Shown here: positions 8,453-16,929 of the stretch, piece by piece
How positions within the stretch are numbered: position 1 is the first letter of the stretch
How the letters are laid out: every line of letters begins with the position of its first letter
DNA from: Methanomassiliicoccales archaeon
GTDB lineage: Archaea; Thermoplasmatota; Thermoplasmata; Methanomassiliicoccales; UBA472
Direction of reading: 5' to 3'
Assembly (NCBI GenBank): GCA_016926075.1
Contig: JAFGPG010000001.1
Span: forward strand, 1 to 38,473
Length of the DNA stretch: 38,473 nt
Made by a program: the position numbers and the translations under genes
The notes under the pieces: model-generated
Told to the model about the DNA's origin: nothing
Databases searched by the model: none
Seen by the model: the letters and a program-made list of their open reading frames with translations, nothing else

Positions 8453-9679
8453 TCACGTGGTGTACATGGCGTTTATCTTCACATAGTCATAGCTTAGGTC
8501 GCAGCCCCAGGCCTCACCGGAGGCGTTGCCGGTCCTCAGGTCCAGGTCCACGATCACCTTCCTGTGGGACAGGACCTTGCGTGCGGCCGCCTCGATATCG
8601 TTCCCGGGTAGGAGGGTGGGGGACCCGTTCTCGAAGAGGGTGACGGAATCGCCATTGTTGCTGAGCACCAACTTCACCTTGTCCAGGTCGAAATCGGCCT
8701 CGGAGTTGCCCAGCGCCGATAGGATACGGCCGAAGTTGGGGTCGCCCCCGAATATGGCGGTCTTGACCAGGGACGAGGTGATGATCGCCCGCGCTGCAGA
8801 GCGGGCCTGCCTGGGGTCCTTGGCCCCGTGTACCAGGACCTCGATGAGCTTGGTGGCCCCCTCCCCGTCGATGACGATCTTCTTGGCCAGCTGCTGCGCC
8901 ACGTACCTCACGCCTTCCCAGAAGGCGGGATCATCGTCCGCCGGCACGCCTCCGGCCATGCCATTGGCCATGAGCACAGATATATCGTTGGTGCTCTGGT
9001 CCCCGTCCACGCTGATGACGTTGAAGCTCTCGTCCATGATCTCCTGCCAGTAGCGGTTGAGGTCCTCGTTCAGGTGGGCATCGGTCACCATGAAGGTGAG
9101 GGTGGTGGCGTGCATGACCTTCAGGGCCGGGGAGATCATTCCACTGCCCTTGGTGATCCCGGCGATGGTCACCATGGTCCCGTCCCCCAGGGTGACCCGG
9201 CAGGCCGCTTGTTTCTTCACCGTGTCCGTGGTGAGGATGGCCCGGGCCGCCATGTCGTCGGCCTCCTCACCACTTCCCAAAATGTGCACCGCCTTGCCGA
9301 TCCCCGCGGATATCTTGTCCATGGGCAGGTAGCGGGAGATGACCCCTGTGGACGCCACCCCCACCAGGCGGTCCTTGATGCCCAAGGCCTCCGCCGTCAG
9401 GGACACCATGCTCTGGGCGTCATGGATGCCCTGGGCACCGGTGATGGCGTTGGCGTTGCCGCTGTTGATGATGAGCGCCTGCAAAGACCGGGGGTTCTTC
9501 TGCATCATTATCTGTATGGGCGCCGCGCGCACCTTGTTCTGGGTGTAGGCGATGGCGCAGTTCGCGGGGACCTCGGAGAAGATGAGCGCCAGGTCGGGCC
9601 TCTCCTTCTTGATGCCACAATGAAGTCCGGTGGCCTTGAAACCCTTCGGCGAGGTGATTCCGCCCTCTATGACCTCCAT
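8453..9679 (-). CDS. argJ: Ornithine acetyltransferase / N-acetylglutamate synthase
   Basis: PKGF, NSGNANA.TG, STGVI, AILTTDT, KGSGMI..ATTL, DGDQSTND, DGEGATK, GCDLSYDYVKINA.Y. Confidence 0.95.
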   Translation of the reverse strand: MEVIEGGITSPKGFKATGLHCGIKKERPDLALIFSEVPANCAIAYTQNKVRAAPIQIMMQKNPRSLQALIINSGNANAITGAQGIHDAQSMVSLTAEALGIKDRLVGVASTGVISRYLPMDKISAGIGKAVHILGSGEEADDMAARAILTTDTVKKQAACRVTLGDGTMVTIAGITKGSGMISPALKVMHATTLTFMVTDAHLNEDLNRYWQEIMDESFNVISVDGDQSTNDISVLMANGMAGGVPADDDPAFWEGVRYVAQQLAKKIVIDGEGATKLIEVLVHGAKDPRQARSAARAIITSSLVKTAIFGGDPNFGRILSALGNSEADFDLDKVKLVLSNNGDSVTLFENGSPTLLPGNDIEAAARKVLSHRKVIVDLDLRTGNASGEAWGCDLSYDYVKINAMYTT

Positions 9680-9681
9680 TC

Positions 9682-10698
9682 TCAGACCCCCAGCCCCGGG
9701 AAGTCCAATCCCGTCTCTTCGGGCCATCCGAACATGGCGTTGCAGTTCTGAATGGCCTGCCCGGCACCGCCCTTCACCAGATTGTCGATCGCGCTCATTA
9801 TCACCACATTCCTGTTCCCCAGGACCTCCAAGCCCACCTCGCAGTGGTTGGAGCCGACCACGGCCTGCATGGAGGGAACGTCCGTCAGACGCACGAAGCG
9901 CTTCCCACGGAAGAACTCCGCATATATTCCCATGAGCCTCTTCTTATCGATGTCCTCGTTGAGCTTGAGGTACATTGTGCACAGCATGCCGCGCACCACC
10001 GGTATGAGATGGGGGACGAACACCACATCGGCCGGACGTCCCTGTAGATGGCCCAAGGTCTGGGCGATCTCCGGGGCATGACGGTGCCTGCCCACCTTGT
10101 AGGGGTTCACGCTCGCCCCGCAGTTGGGATGGTGGGTGGCCCTGGTGAGCTCCATGCCCGCCCCGGAGGTGCCGCTCTTGGCGTCTACGGCCACGCCCTC
10201 CTTCACCAACCCCTCGACGAAGAGGGGAGCCAGTCCCAGTATGGCGCAGGTGGGATAGCAGCCGGGGTTGGATACGAAGTCCGAATCGGAGACCTGCTGC
10301 CAATACAGTTCGCTGAGCCCGTACACCGCCCTCTTGAGGTTGTGGGGGTCGGTATGCTCGTGTCCGTACCATTCCTGGTACACCTTGGGGTCCTTCAGAC
10401 GGTAATCCCCGCTGAGGTCGATGACCTTGGCCCCGCTACGTACCAGGTCGGGCACCAGTTGCATGGAGGCCCCGTGAGGGGTGGCCAGGAATATGACGTC
10501 CATTCCCTCACCGGTGATGGACCCGCTGAACTCCAGGTCGACATATTCCCGGAGGTAGGGATGTGTGTCCGACACCATCTTCCCGGCCAGCTGCCGGGAG
10601 GTTATGGCCTCCAAGGATATCATAGGATGACGGCTCAACAAACGAGCTAGCTCTCCGCCTATATAACCGGAACCTCCGACCACTGCTGCCTTGATCAT
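9682..10698 (-). CDS. argC: N-acetyl-gamma-glutamyl-phosphate reductase
   Basis: VGGSGYIGGEL, IDLSGDYRL, NPGCYPT, SGTSGAG, HRHAPEI, DNLVKGGAGQAIQN. Confidence 0.96.
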   Translation of the reverse strand: MIKAAVVGGSGYIGGELARLLSRHPMISLEAITSRQLAGKMVSDTHPYLREYVDLEFSGSITGEGMDVIFLATPHGASMQLVPDLVRSGAKVIDLSGDYRLKDPKVYQEWYGHEHTDPHNLKRAVYGLSELYWQQVSDSDFVSNPGCYPTCAILGLAPLFVEGLVKEGVAVDAKSGTSGAGMELTRATHHPNCGASVNPYKVGRHRHAPEIAQTLGHLQGRPADVVFVPHLIPVVRGMLCTMYLKLNEDIDKKRLMGIYAEFFRGKRFVRLTDVPSMQAVVGSNHCEVGLEVLGNRNVVIMSAIDNLVKGGAGQAIQNCNAMFGWPEETGLDFPGLGV

Positions 10699-10725
10699 GC
10701 CTGCCTCTTTGCTATGGGAGTGTGC

Positions 10726-10748
10726 CGAATTAAGAATTCGTTTATTAA
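10726..10748 (-). promoter_or_regulatory. argC promoter: TATA (TTAATAAA) with adjacent palindrome CGAATT-N3-AATTCG
   Basis: Inverted repeat 10726-10740 directly downstream of TATA-like 10741-10748. Confidence 0.55.
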
Positions 10749-10930
10749 GCATTATGACCCAAACGAGACATTTGTCCCATGATCGGCGTCCGTGAGCTCT
10801 TTCAAGGTTCCAGGCGGGCCTGAGTAACACCTTTACATAAGGTAAAGTAATAATACCCTGCGCCGCTCAATCCTCGGGCATTGTTTTTTCCTTTCCAGCC
10901 CGGCCAACCAGGAAAGGTTGAGGTACGAGC

Positions 10931-12331
10931 ATGATTGGCCGAAGGCTCAGGGAGTTCAGATGGAAACCCTATCACACAGTATGGTTGCTGCTGTTCACCG
11001 CCTGGGCCATGTGCTATCTGGACCGGGCCATCACCGGGCCGGTGGTGTCCTGGATGATCGCCAATGGCTCCCCCCTGCTGGCCGGTTTGGAGCAGCCGCA
11101 TGCGGTGGGAGGTCTCATCGGTTCCATGTTCTTCGCCGGGTACATGCTCACCCAGTTCCCGGCAGGATACCTGGGGGATCACTTTGGCAGGCGGACCATG
11201 GTGGTCATAAGCACCGTATGGGCTGGGGTGACCACCACCGTAAGCGGGCTGTCGCGCTCCCTCACGGTGTTCGCGGGAACCAGGGTGATGACCGGTCTGG
11301 GGGAGGGCGCCTACTATTCCAATGACCGGGGCCTTGTGGTCAGGAACACACCCCCGGAGAAGGTCGGGACGGGGATGGGGGTGGTGTTCGTGGGACTGGC
11401 CATAGGGATGACCGTGGCCACCGTGTCAGCTCCCTGGTTGATTGACCAGGTTGGCGGGATGCTGGGTGAGGACGCCTGGGCCTTCCCCTTCCTGCTCTTC
11501 GGTCCCCCCACTGTCTTGGTAGGATATGTCCTGCACCGGTACCTTCCCAAAGGGGAGACGGAATCGTATCGGGGCGCCTTTCCCCGCCTGCTACTGTACT
11601 CGCTCCTGTTCCTGACCGTGATCATGGGATTCTATCAATTGTCCTTGGTGCTCCACCTGGACATTCTTTGGCAGACGCTCTTCACCCTGATGGCATCCTT
11701 CTTGCTGATAGTGGTCATCTATGCCCGACTGGGTACCATAAGCGCCCTGGTGCTCAGGGACCGTTCGCTGCAGCTGATGTACCTTTCGGCCATTCCGATC
11801 CTCTTCACCTTGTGGTTCTTCGGTTTCTGGGCCCTGCTGGTAGTGGCCGAATCGGCCGAGCTGGGATTGAGCGGGGCGGCCGTTTATGCCGGTCTTTTCG
11901 GGGCGGCCAATGCCATAGGTTACCCTCTGGGGGGAGTGATGTGCGATCGTTTTCCGGGCATCAGGCATCGGAGTGGATTGTACGCCGGTCTTTGCATGGC
12001 GGTGTGCGGCACGGTGCTGCTGCTGGTCCCGGCAATACTGAGCACCGACCTGATTGTTCTGGGCCTCCTGCTGTTCCTCATAGGAGCGCTCTTCTCGGCC
12101 ATGCAGACCGTGCACATGACCCTGACCGCCGACCTGGCCCCTACCGAGGCGCTGGGACAGGCCTTCGGCATGTGGAACCTGGTCGCGGAGGTGGGAGCAC
12201 TGCTCTCCCCTGTGGTGTGTGGTTGGCTGAGGGATGCCTTCGGCGGTTGGGAGCCGGCCATACTGCTGACCGCTCTGCTGCTCGCCATAAGCGCCGGACT
12301 GGTGTCCGTCATCCCTCGCACTGTCCGATAA
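10931..12331 (+). CDS. MFS transporter
   Basis: YLDRA, MFS motif A GYLGDHFGRR, RVMTGLGEG, many TM helices; GAGGT SD. Confidence 0.92.
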   Translation: MIGRRLREFRWKPYHTVWLLLFTAWAMCYLDRAITGPVVSWMIANGSPLLAGLEQPHAVGGLIGSMFFAGYMLTQFPAGYLGDHFGRRTMVVISTVWAGVTTTVSGLSRSLTVFAGTRVMTGLGEGAYYSNDRGLVVRNTPPEKVGTGMGVVFVGLAIGMTVATVSAPWLIDQVGGMLGEDAWAFPFLLFGPPTVLVGYVLHRYLPKGETESYRGAFPRLLLYSLLFLTVIMGFYQLSLVLHLDILWQTLFTLMASFLLIVVIYARLGTISALVLRDRSLQLMYLSAIPILFTLWFFGFWALLVVAESAELGLSGAAVYAGLFGAANAIGYPLGGVMCDRFPGIRHRSGLYAGLCMAVCGTVLLLVPAILSTDLIVLGLLLFLIGALFSAMQTVHMTLTADLAPTEALGQAFGMWNLVAEVGALLSPVVCGWLRDAFGGWEPAILLTALLLAISAGLVSVIPRTVR

Positions 12332-12410
12332 TGAACTCTTATCAGGAACAATGTCCGCGGTTCGGCGTTTCAGATTAATATGCTCGCACTCTACCACGCC
12401 GCGGATTCAC

Positions 12411-13631
12411 ATGGTAGCGAGCGGAGAAAAGGTTCGTGACAAGGTCGTCCTGGCGTACTCCGGAGGTCTGGACACCTCGATTGCCATTCGTTGGTTGCAA
12501 CAGAAGTACGACCTGGACGTCATCGCGGTGGGGGTCAATGTTGGCCAGCCTGGTGACCTGCAGGAGGCGGTGGACAGGGCGCTGAGGATAGGGGCGGTGC
12601 AGGCCTATGCCTTCGACGCCACGGAACGGTTCGTGGAGGAGTACGTGGGACCGTCGCTCAAGGCCAACGCATTGTACATGGGCACCTACCCCCTGGCCAC
12701 GGCCATCGCCAGGCCTTTGATAGCCAAGATCATGGTGGACATCGCACGGAAGGAGAAGGCCAAGTACATCGCCCACGGCTGCACGGCCAAGGGCAACGAC
12801 CAGGTGCGTTTCGACGTGAGCATCGCCGCCCTGGCCCCTGAGATCGGGATCATCGCCCCCATGAGGGAATGGGTCATGACCAGGGAGGACGAGATCGAGT
12901 ATGCCAAACAGAACGATGTGCCTATCACGGTCAAGAAGGAATGCCCCTACAGCACTGATGAGAACATCTGGGGACGCAGTTGCGAGTGCGGTGTCCTGGA
13001 GGACGCCATGGTGGAGCCGCCCCGGGACTCCTTCGAGTGGACGGTGGACCCTTTGGAGGCCCCGGAGGAGCCCTCGTACGTTGACATCCACTTCCAAAAA
13101 GGCCTCCCGGTGGGACTGGACGGCTCCAAGGGGATGTCCCTCACGGAGATCGTGAGGAAGCTCAACGACCTGGGAGGGAGCCATGGGTACGGGCGAATAG
13201 ACCATATCGAGGACCGCCTGGTGGGCATCAAGTCCCGCGAGACCTACGAGGCCCCGGCCGCGCTCTTGTTGATCGCCGCCCATAAGGACCTGGAGAAGAT
13301 GGTCCTGACCAAGGACGTGCTGGCCTTCAAGCGTTCGGTGGAGCAACGGTACTCCGAGCTGTGCTATGACGGGCTATGGTTCTCCCCGCTGAGGGAGGCC
13401 CTTGACGCCTTCATCGATCAGACCCAGGAGCGCGTCGAGGGAACGGTCAGGGTCAAGCTGTACAAGGGGAGCGCCACCATCGTGGGCCGCGCCTCATCCC
13501 GCTCGCTGTACGATACAGGACTGGCCACCTATGCGGAGGGTGACCTCTTCGACCATCGCAGCGCGGAGGGCTTCATCTATGTGTGGGGACTGCCCTTGCG
13601 TACCGTGGCCAAGGCCCAGAAGAAGCAGTGA
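12411..13631 (+). CDS. argG: Argininosuccinate synthase
   Basis: VVLAYSGGLDTS, AIARPLI, HGCTAKGNDQVRF, YSTDENIWGRS.E, RLVGIKSRE.YEAP. Confidence 0.97.
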   Translation: MVASGEKVRDKVVLAYSGGLDTSIAIRWLQQKYDLDVIAVGVNVGQPGDLQEAVDRALRIGAVQAYAFDATERFVEEYVGPSLKANALYMGTYPLATAIARPLIAKIMVDIARKEKAKYIAHGCTAKGNDQVRFDVSIAALAPEIGIIAPMREWVMTREDEIEYAKQNDVPITVKKECPYSTDENIWGRSCECGVLEDAMVEPPRDSFEWTVDPLEAPEEPSYVDIHFQKGLPVGLDGSKGMSLTEIVRKLNDLGGSHGYGRIDHIEDRLVGIKSRETYEAPAALLLIAAHKDLEKMVLTKDVLAFKRSVEQRYSELCYDGLWFSPLREALDAFIDQTQERVEGTVRVKLYKGSATIVGRASSRSLYDTGLATYAEGDLFDHRSAEGFIYVWGLPLRTVAKAQKKQ

Positions 13632-13636
13632 TCCGC

Positions 13637-15088
13637 ATGGCCGAGAAGCAGCTATGGTCAGGTCGTTTCTCCGAAGGCCCCAGTGAGTTGACCCTTTCCT
13701 TCACCTCCTCCCTGTCCGTGGACGCCAAGCTGGCCTGGTACGACATCGCCGGCTCATTGGCCCACGCGCGCATGTTGGGGTCGACGGGGATCGTGCCGAG
13801 GGAGGAGTCGGAGAGCATGGTGCAGGGGCTCCTGCAGCTGCTGGAGCGATTGGAGGCGGGCCAGCTGGACCTCTCTGAGGAACTGGAGGACGTGCATACC
13901 AACGTGGAGGATATGCTCACCAAGGCCGTCGGGGACGCGGGAAGGCGCTTGCACACCGCCCGCAGCCGGAACGACCAGGTGTCGACAGACCTGCGCATGT
14001 TCGTGCGGGACGCCATACTGGAGATCGTCGCCCTTCTCATCGATGTGCAGGAGATACTCACGGACCGGGCGGAGGAGGAGAGGGCTACCATGATGCCCGG
14101 GTTCACCCATCTGCAGCACGCTCAACCGGTGAGCGTGGGATTCCATCTCATGGCCCATGTGTTCCGCCTTCAGCGGGACGCCGAGCGTTTCCTGGACGCC
14201 TACAAGCGAGTGAACCAATCACCCCTGGGTGCCGGTGCGCTGGCCGGTACCGGTCATCCCATCGACCGGGAGATGACCGCTCAGGCCCTGGGCTTCGATC
14301 GCCCCACGGACAACGCCATGGACTCGGTCAGCGACCGCGACTTCGTCCTGGAGTTCGCCTTCGCCTGCGCCCAGACCATGGTGCACCTCAGCAGCATGGG
14401 AGAGGAGCTGGTCATCTGGACCTCACCGGAGTTCGGTTTCGCGGAGATGTCCGACGCCTTCGCCACCGGCAGTTCCATCATGCCGCAGAAGAAGAACCCG
14501 GACGTCGCCGAGCTGGTGAGGGGCAGGAGCTCGCTGACCATCGGCAACCTGATGCAGCTGCTAGTCCTGATGAAGGGACTGCCCCTGAGCTACAACCGCG
14601 ACCTACAGGAGGACAAGGGGGCTGTGTTCAGCTGCTATGAGACCCTGAGCGCCTGCCTCTTCGTCCTTGGCCCCATGTACCACTCCCTGACCCTCTGCCG
14701 GGAGAGGATGGCCGTGGCCTGCGCCCAGGGGTTCCTCAACGCCACCGATCTGGCCGATCATCTCGTTCAGAGGGGGATGCCGTTCCGCCAGGCCCACGAG
14801 GTGGTGGGGGCGGTGGTGCGGCACTGCATCGAGCGGGGCAGGACCTTGGAGGAGCTGAGCGTGGAGGAGCTACGGGGGTTCTCCCCCCTTTTCGACCCCT
14901 CCTCCTTAGAGCACATACGGCTGGAGGCCTGCCTTGATCGGCGTGGTTCGTTGGGTGGTACCTCACCCGTTCAGGTCCAGGAGCAGATATCCGCCGCCCG
15001 TGCGCGGGCGGAGGGGCAGCGGGCTCTATGCTACGGGGAGATCGAGCGCCTGGAGAAGGTCTGGTCCAAGCTTCGTGCCGAGCGGTAG
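13637..15088 (+). CDS. argH: Argininosuccinate lyase
   Basis: LWSGRF, EDVH, HTARSRNDQV, PGFTHLQHAQP, GSSIMPQKKNPD. Confidence 0.97.
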   Translation: MAEKQLWSGRFSEGPSELTLSFTSSLSVDAKLAWYDIAGSLAHARMLGSTGIVPREESESMVQGLLQLLERLEAGQLDLSEELEDVHTNVEDMLTKAVGDAGRRLHTARSRNDQVSTDLRMFVRDAILEIVALLIDVQEILTDRAEEERATMMPGFTHLQHAQPVSVGFHLMAHVFRLQRDAERFLDAYKRVNQSPLGAGALAGTGHPIDREMTAQALGFDRPTDNAMDSVSDRDFVLEFAFACAQTMVHLSSMGEELVIWTSPEFGFAEMSDAFATGSSIMPQKKNPDVAELVRGRSSLTIGNLMQLLVLMKGLPLSYNRDLQEDKGAVFSCYETLSACLFVLGPMYHSLTLCRERMAVACAQGFLNATDLADHLVQRGMPFRQAHEVVGAVVRHCIERGRTLEELSVEELRGFSPLFDPSSLEHIRLEACLDRRGSLGGTSPVQVQEQISAARARAEGQRALCYGEIERLEKVWSKLRAER

Positions 15089-15121
15089 CTGTGTTTATGG
15101 TGCGAGAGCGCGCCGGTCCGT

Positions 15122-15496
15122 TCAGCCATCCATGCAGGAAAGGGCGTTCCATTCCAGCTCGTGGTCCACCCCGCTGCGGGTGAGAAGCTTGCTCAGCTTC
15201 TCCGTCACCCGTACCACCTCCCCGCTCTTGGAGGACCCTTTGACATAGAACTCCATGCGCTTGTTGGTGATAGGGAATATCAGGCGCATCCTGCCCTTGC
15301 GGTTGTAACCCTCTGGTTTGCGGTTGTTCTTCAGCTCGACCATGTTGAGGTGGACGAACATCTGAAGTATCTCGGGGTCCTCGGGCATCTGGTCGGTCTC
15401 CTCCAGAAAGAGCTTGAGGAGATTGGGAAAGATCTCTGCCATGTCCCGGTACTCGAAACGGTCGTTCAGAACGAAATGGCCACTGTTAGCCTTCAT
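15122..15496 (-). CDS. Hypothetical protein (124 aa)
   Basis: Globular-looking composition, fills the gap between argH and thiDN, upstream TATATATA-type box near 15520-15528. Confidence 0.7.
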   Translation of the reverse strand: MKANSGHFVLNDRFEYRDMAEIFPNLLKLFLEETDQMPEDPEILQMFVHLNMVELKNNRKPEGYNRKGRMRLIFPITNKRMEFYVKGSSKSGEVVRVTEKLSKLLTRSGVDHELEWNALSCMDG

Positions 15497-15608
15497 CCCC
15501 TTTTCGATGAGGAGTTCATTATATATACTTTACCAGTTTCCTCCACAGGCGGCCCATCCCTGCCTATCAGTCCTGATATTTATTAGGGAGCACTCGCCTT
15601 TCCCCATC

Positions 15609-16919
15609 ATGGTCCTCGTACTGACCGTGGCCGGCTCAGATTCCGTGGGCGGGGCAGGTGTGGAGGCCGACCTCAAGGCCGTCGCCTCCATGGGCGGGCA
15701 TGGGGCGGTGGCGTTGACCGCGATCACCGCACAGAACACAGTCCAGGTGCGCAAGGTCTTCCCTCTTCCCCCCGAACAGGTCACCGCACAGATCATGGCG
15801 GTGATGGAGGACACCTCACCCGGGGCGGTGAAGACCGGCATGCTGTACTCCCCGTCTATAGTGTTGGCCGTGGCCCCCCTGTTGGAGGAGCTGGGAGCGC
15901 CCCTGGTGGTCGATCCGGTCCTCTTCGCGGGAGCGGGCAGCCCCTTGCATCGGGAGGGTCTGGCTGAGTCCCTGGTCCAGGACCTCTTCCCATTGGCCAC
16001 CATAATAACCCCCAACCGGGAGGAGGCCGAGGCCCTTTCCGGATTGGACATCTCCGGACCGGAGTCCCTGGACCAGGTGGGGGCCCGGCTTCTGGAGAGC
16101 GGGACCCAGGGAGTTCTTTTGAAAGGTGGGCATATGGGAGGGGCAATGGCGGTGGACATCCTGTACACGGCCGATGGTACCTATGAGTTCGCATCGCCCC
16201 GGCTGGACCGCAAGGTGCACGGTGCGGGATGCACCCTGGCCTCCTTCATCGCCTGCGGTCTGGCATTGGGAATGTCCCTGCGTGACGCGGTGCGGGAGGC
16301 CAAACGGCGCATCTACGACTCCATAGCTATGTCCCTGCCCGTGGGTCAGGGCATGGACTGCATCAATCCATTGGCCACGCTGTACAAGGAGGCCATGAGG
16401 TCCCGGGTCCTGGATGCGGTTAGGGCCGGGGTGAGGGAGCTCGAGGAGCGCCTCCCTCCGGAACTGGTCCCGGAGGTGGGCATGAACCTGGCCTACGCCC
16501 TTCCCTATCCCCAGGGGTATGACGAGGTGTGCGGGGTGCAGGGCAGGCTGGTGCGGGCCGGGGAGCGGGTGAGGATGGCCGGGGAGGTGTGCTTCGGGGG
16601 GAGCAGGCATATCGCCAGGGTGGTCATGGCCGCCTCGGCCGCGGAGCCTAGAATGCGCTGCGCCCTGAACCTGCGGTTCAGCGAGGAAAGGATCGAGATG
16701 ATCAGGTCCTTCGGGCTACAGGTGGGGCACTTCGATAGGCTGGGGGAACCGGAGGCGGTGTCCTCCATGGAATGGGGCACCGCAGAGGCCATAAGGGAGA
16801 TGGGACATGTCCCGGACGTGATCTTCGATCGCGGTGGGCCGGGGAAGGAGCCGATGATCAGGGTGCTGGGGGAGGACCCTGGGCATGTGCTCTCGAAGGT
16901 CCGCCCTCTACTGAAGTGA
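15609..16919 (+). CDS. thiDN: Bifunctional HMP/HMP-P kinase ThiD fused to thiamine-phosphate synthase ThiN
   Basis: VLTVAGSDSVGGAGVEADLK, TAQNT, KTGML, TPNREEA, HGAGCT; C-terminal PEVGMN, FGGSRHIAR, SSMEWG, GKEPMIR ThiN domain. Confidence 0.93.
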   Translation: MVLVLTVAGSDSVGGAGVEADLKAVASMGGHGAVALTAITAQNTVQVRKVFPLPPEQVTAQIMAVMEDTSPGAVKTGMLYSPSIVLAVAPLLEELGAPLVVDPVLFAGAGSPLHREGLAESLVQDLFPLATIITPNREEAEALSGLDISGPESLDQVGARLLESGTQGVLLKGGHMGGAMAVDILYTADGTYEFASPRLDRKVHGAGCTLASFIACGLALGMSLRDAVREAKRRIYDSIAMSLPVGQGMDCINPLATLYKEAMRSRVLDAVRAGVRELEERLPPELVPEVGMNLAYALPYPQGYDEVCGVQGRLVRAGERVRMAGEVCFGGSRHIARVVMAASAAEPRMRCALNLRFSEERIEMIRSFGLQVGHFDRLGEPEAVSSMEWGTAEAIREMGHVPDVIFDRGGPGKEPMIRVLGEDPGHVLSKVRPLLK

Positions 16920-16929
16920 GGTTGATAGA

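Noticed and set aside
10699-10830. Arg-rich leader peptide or N-terminal extension of argC
   Set aside because: The extension spans the TATA box and palindrome; the implied leader is too short for a uORF
15497-15608. TPP riboswitch upstream of thiDN
   Set aside because: No GCUGAGA/ACCUG core; the TATA-like box is only about 25 nt from the ATG
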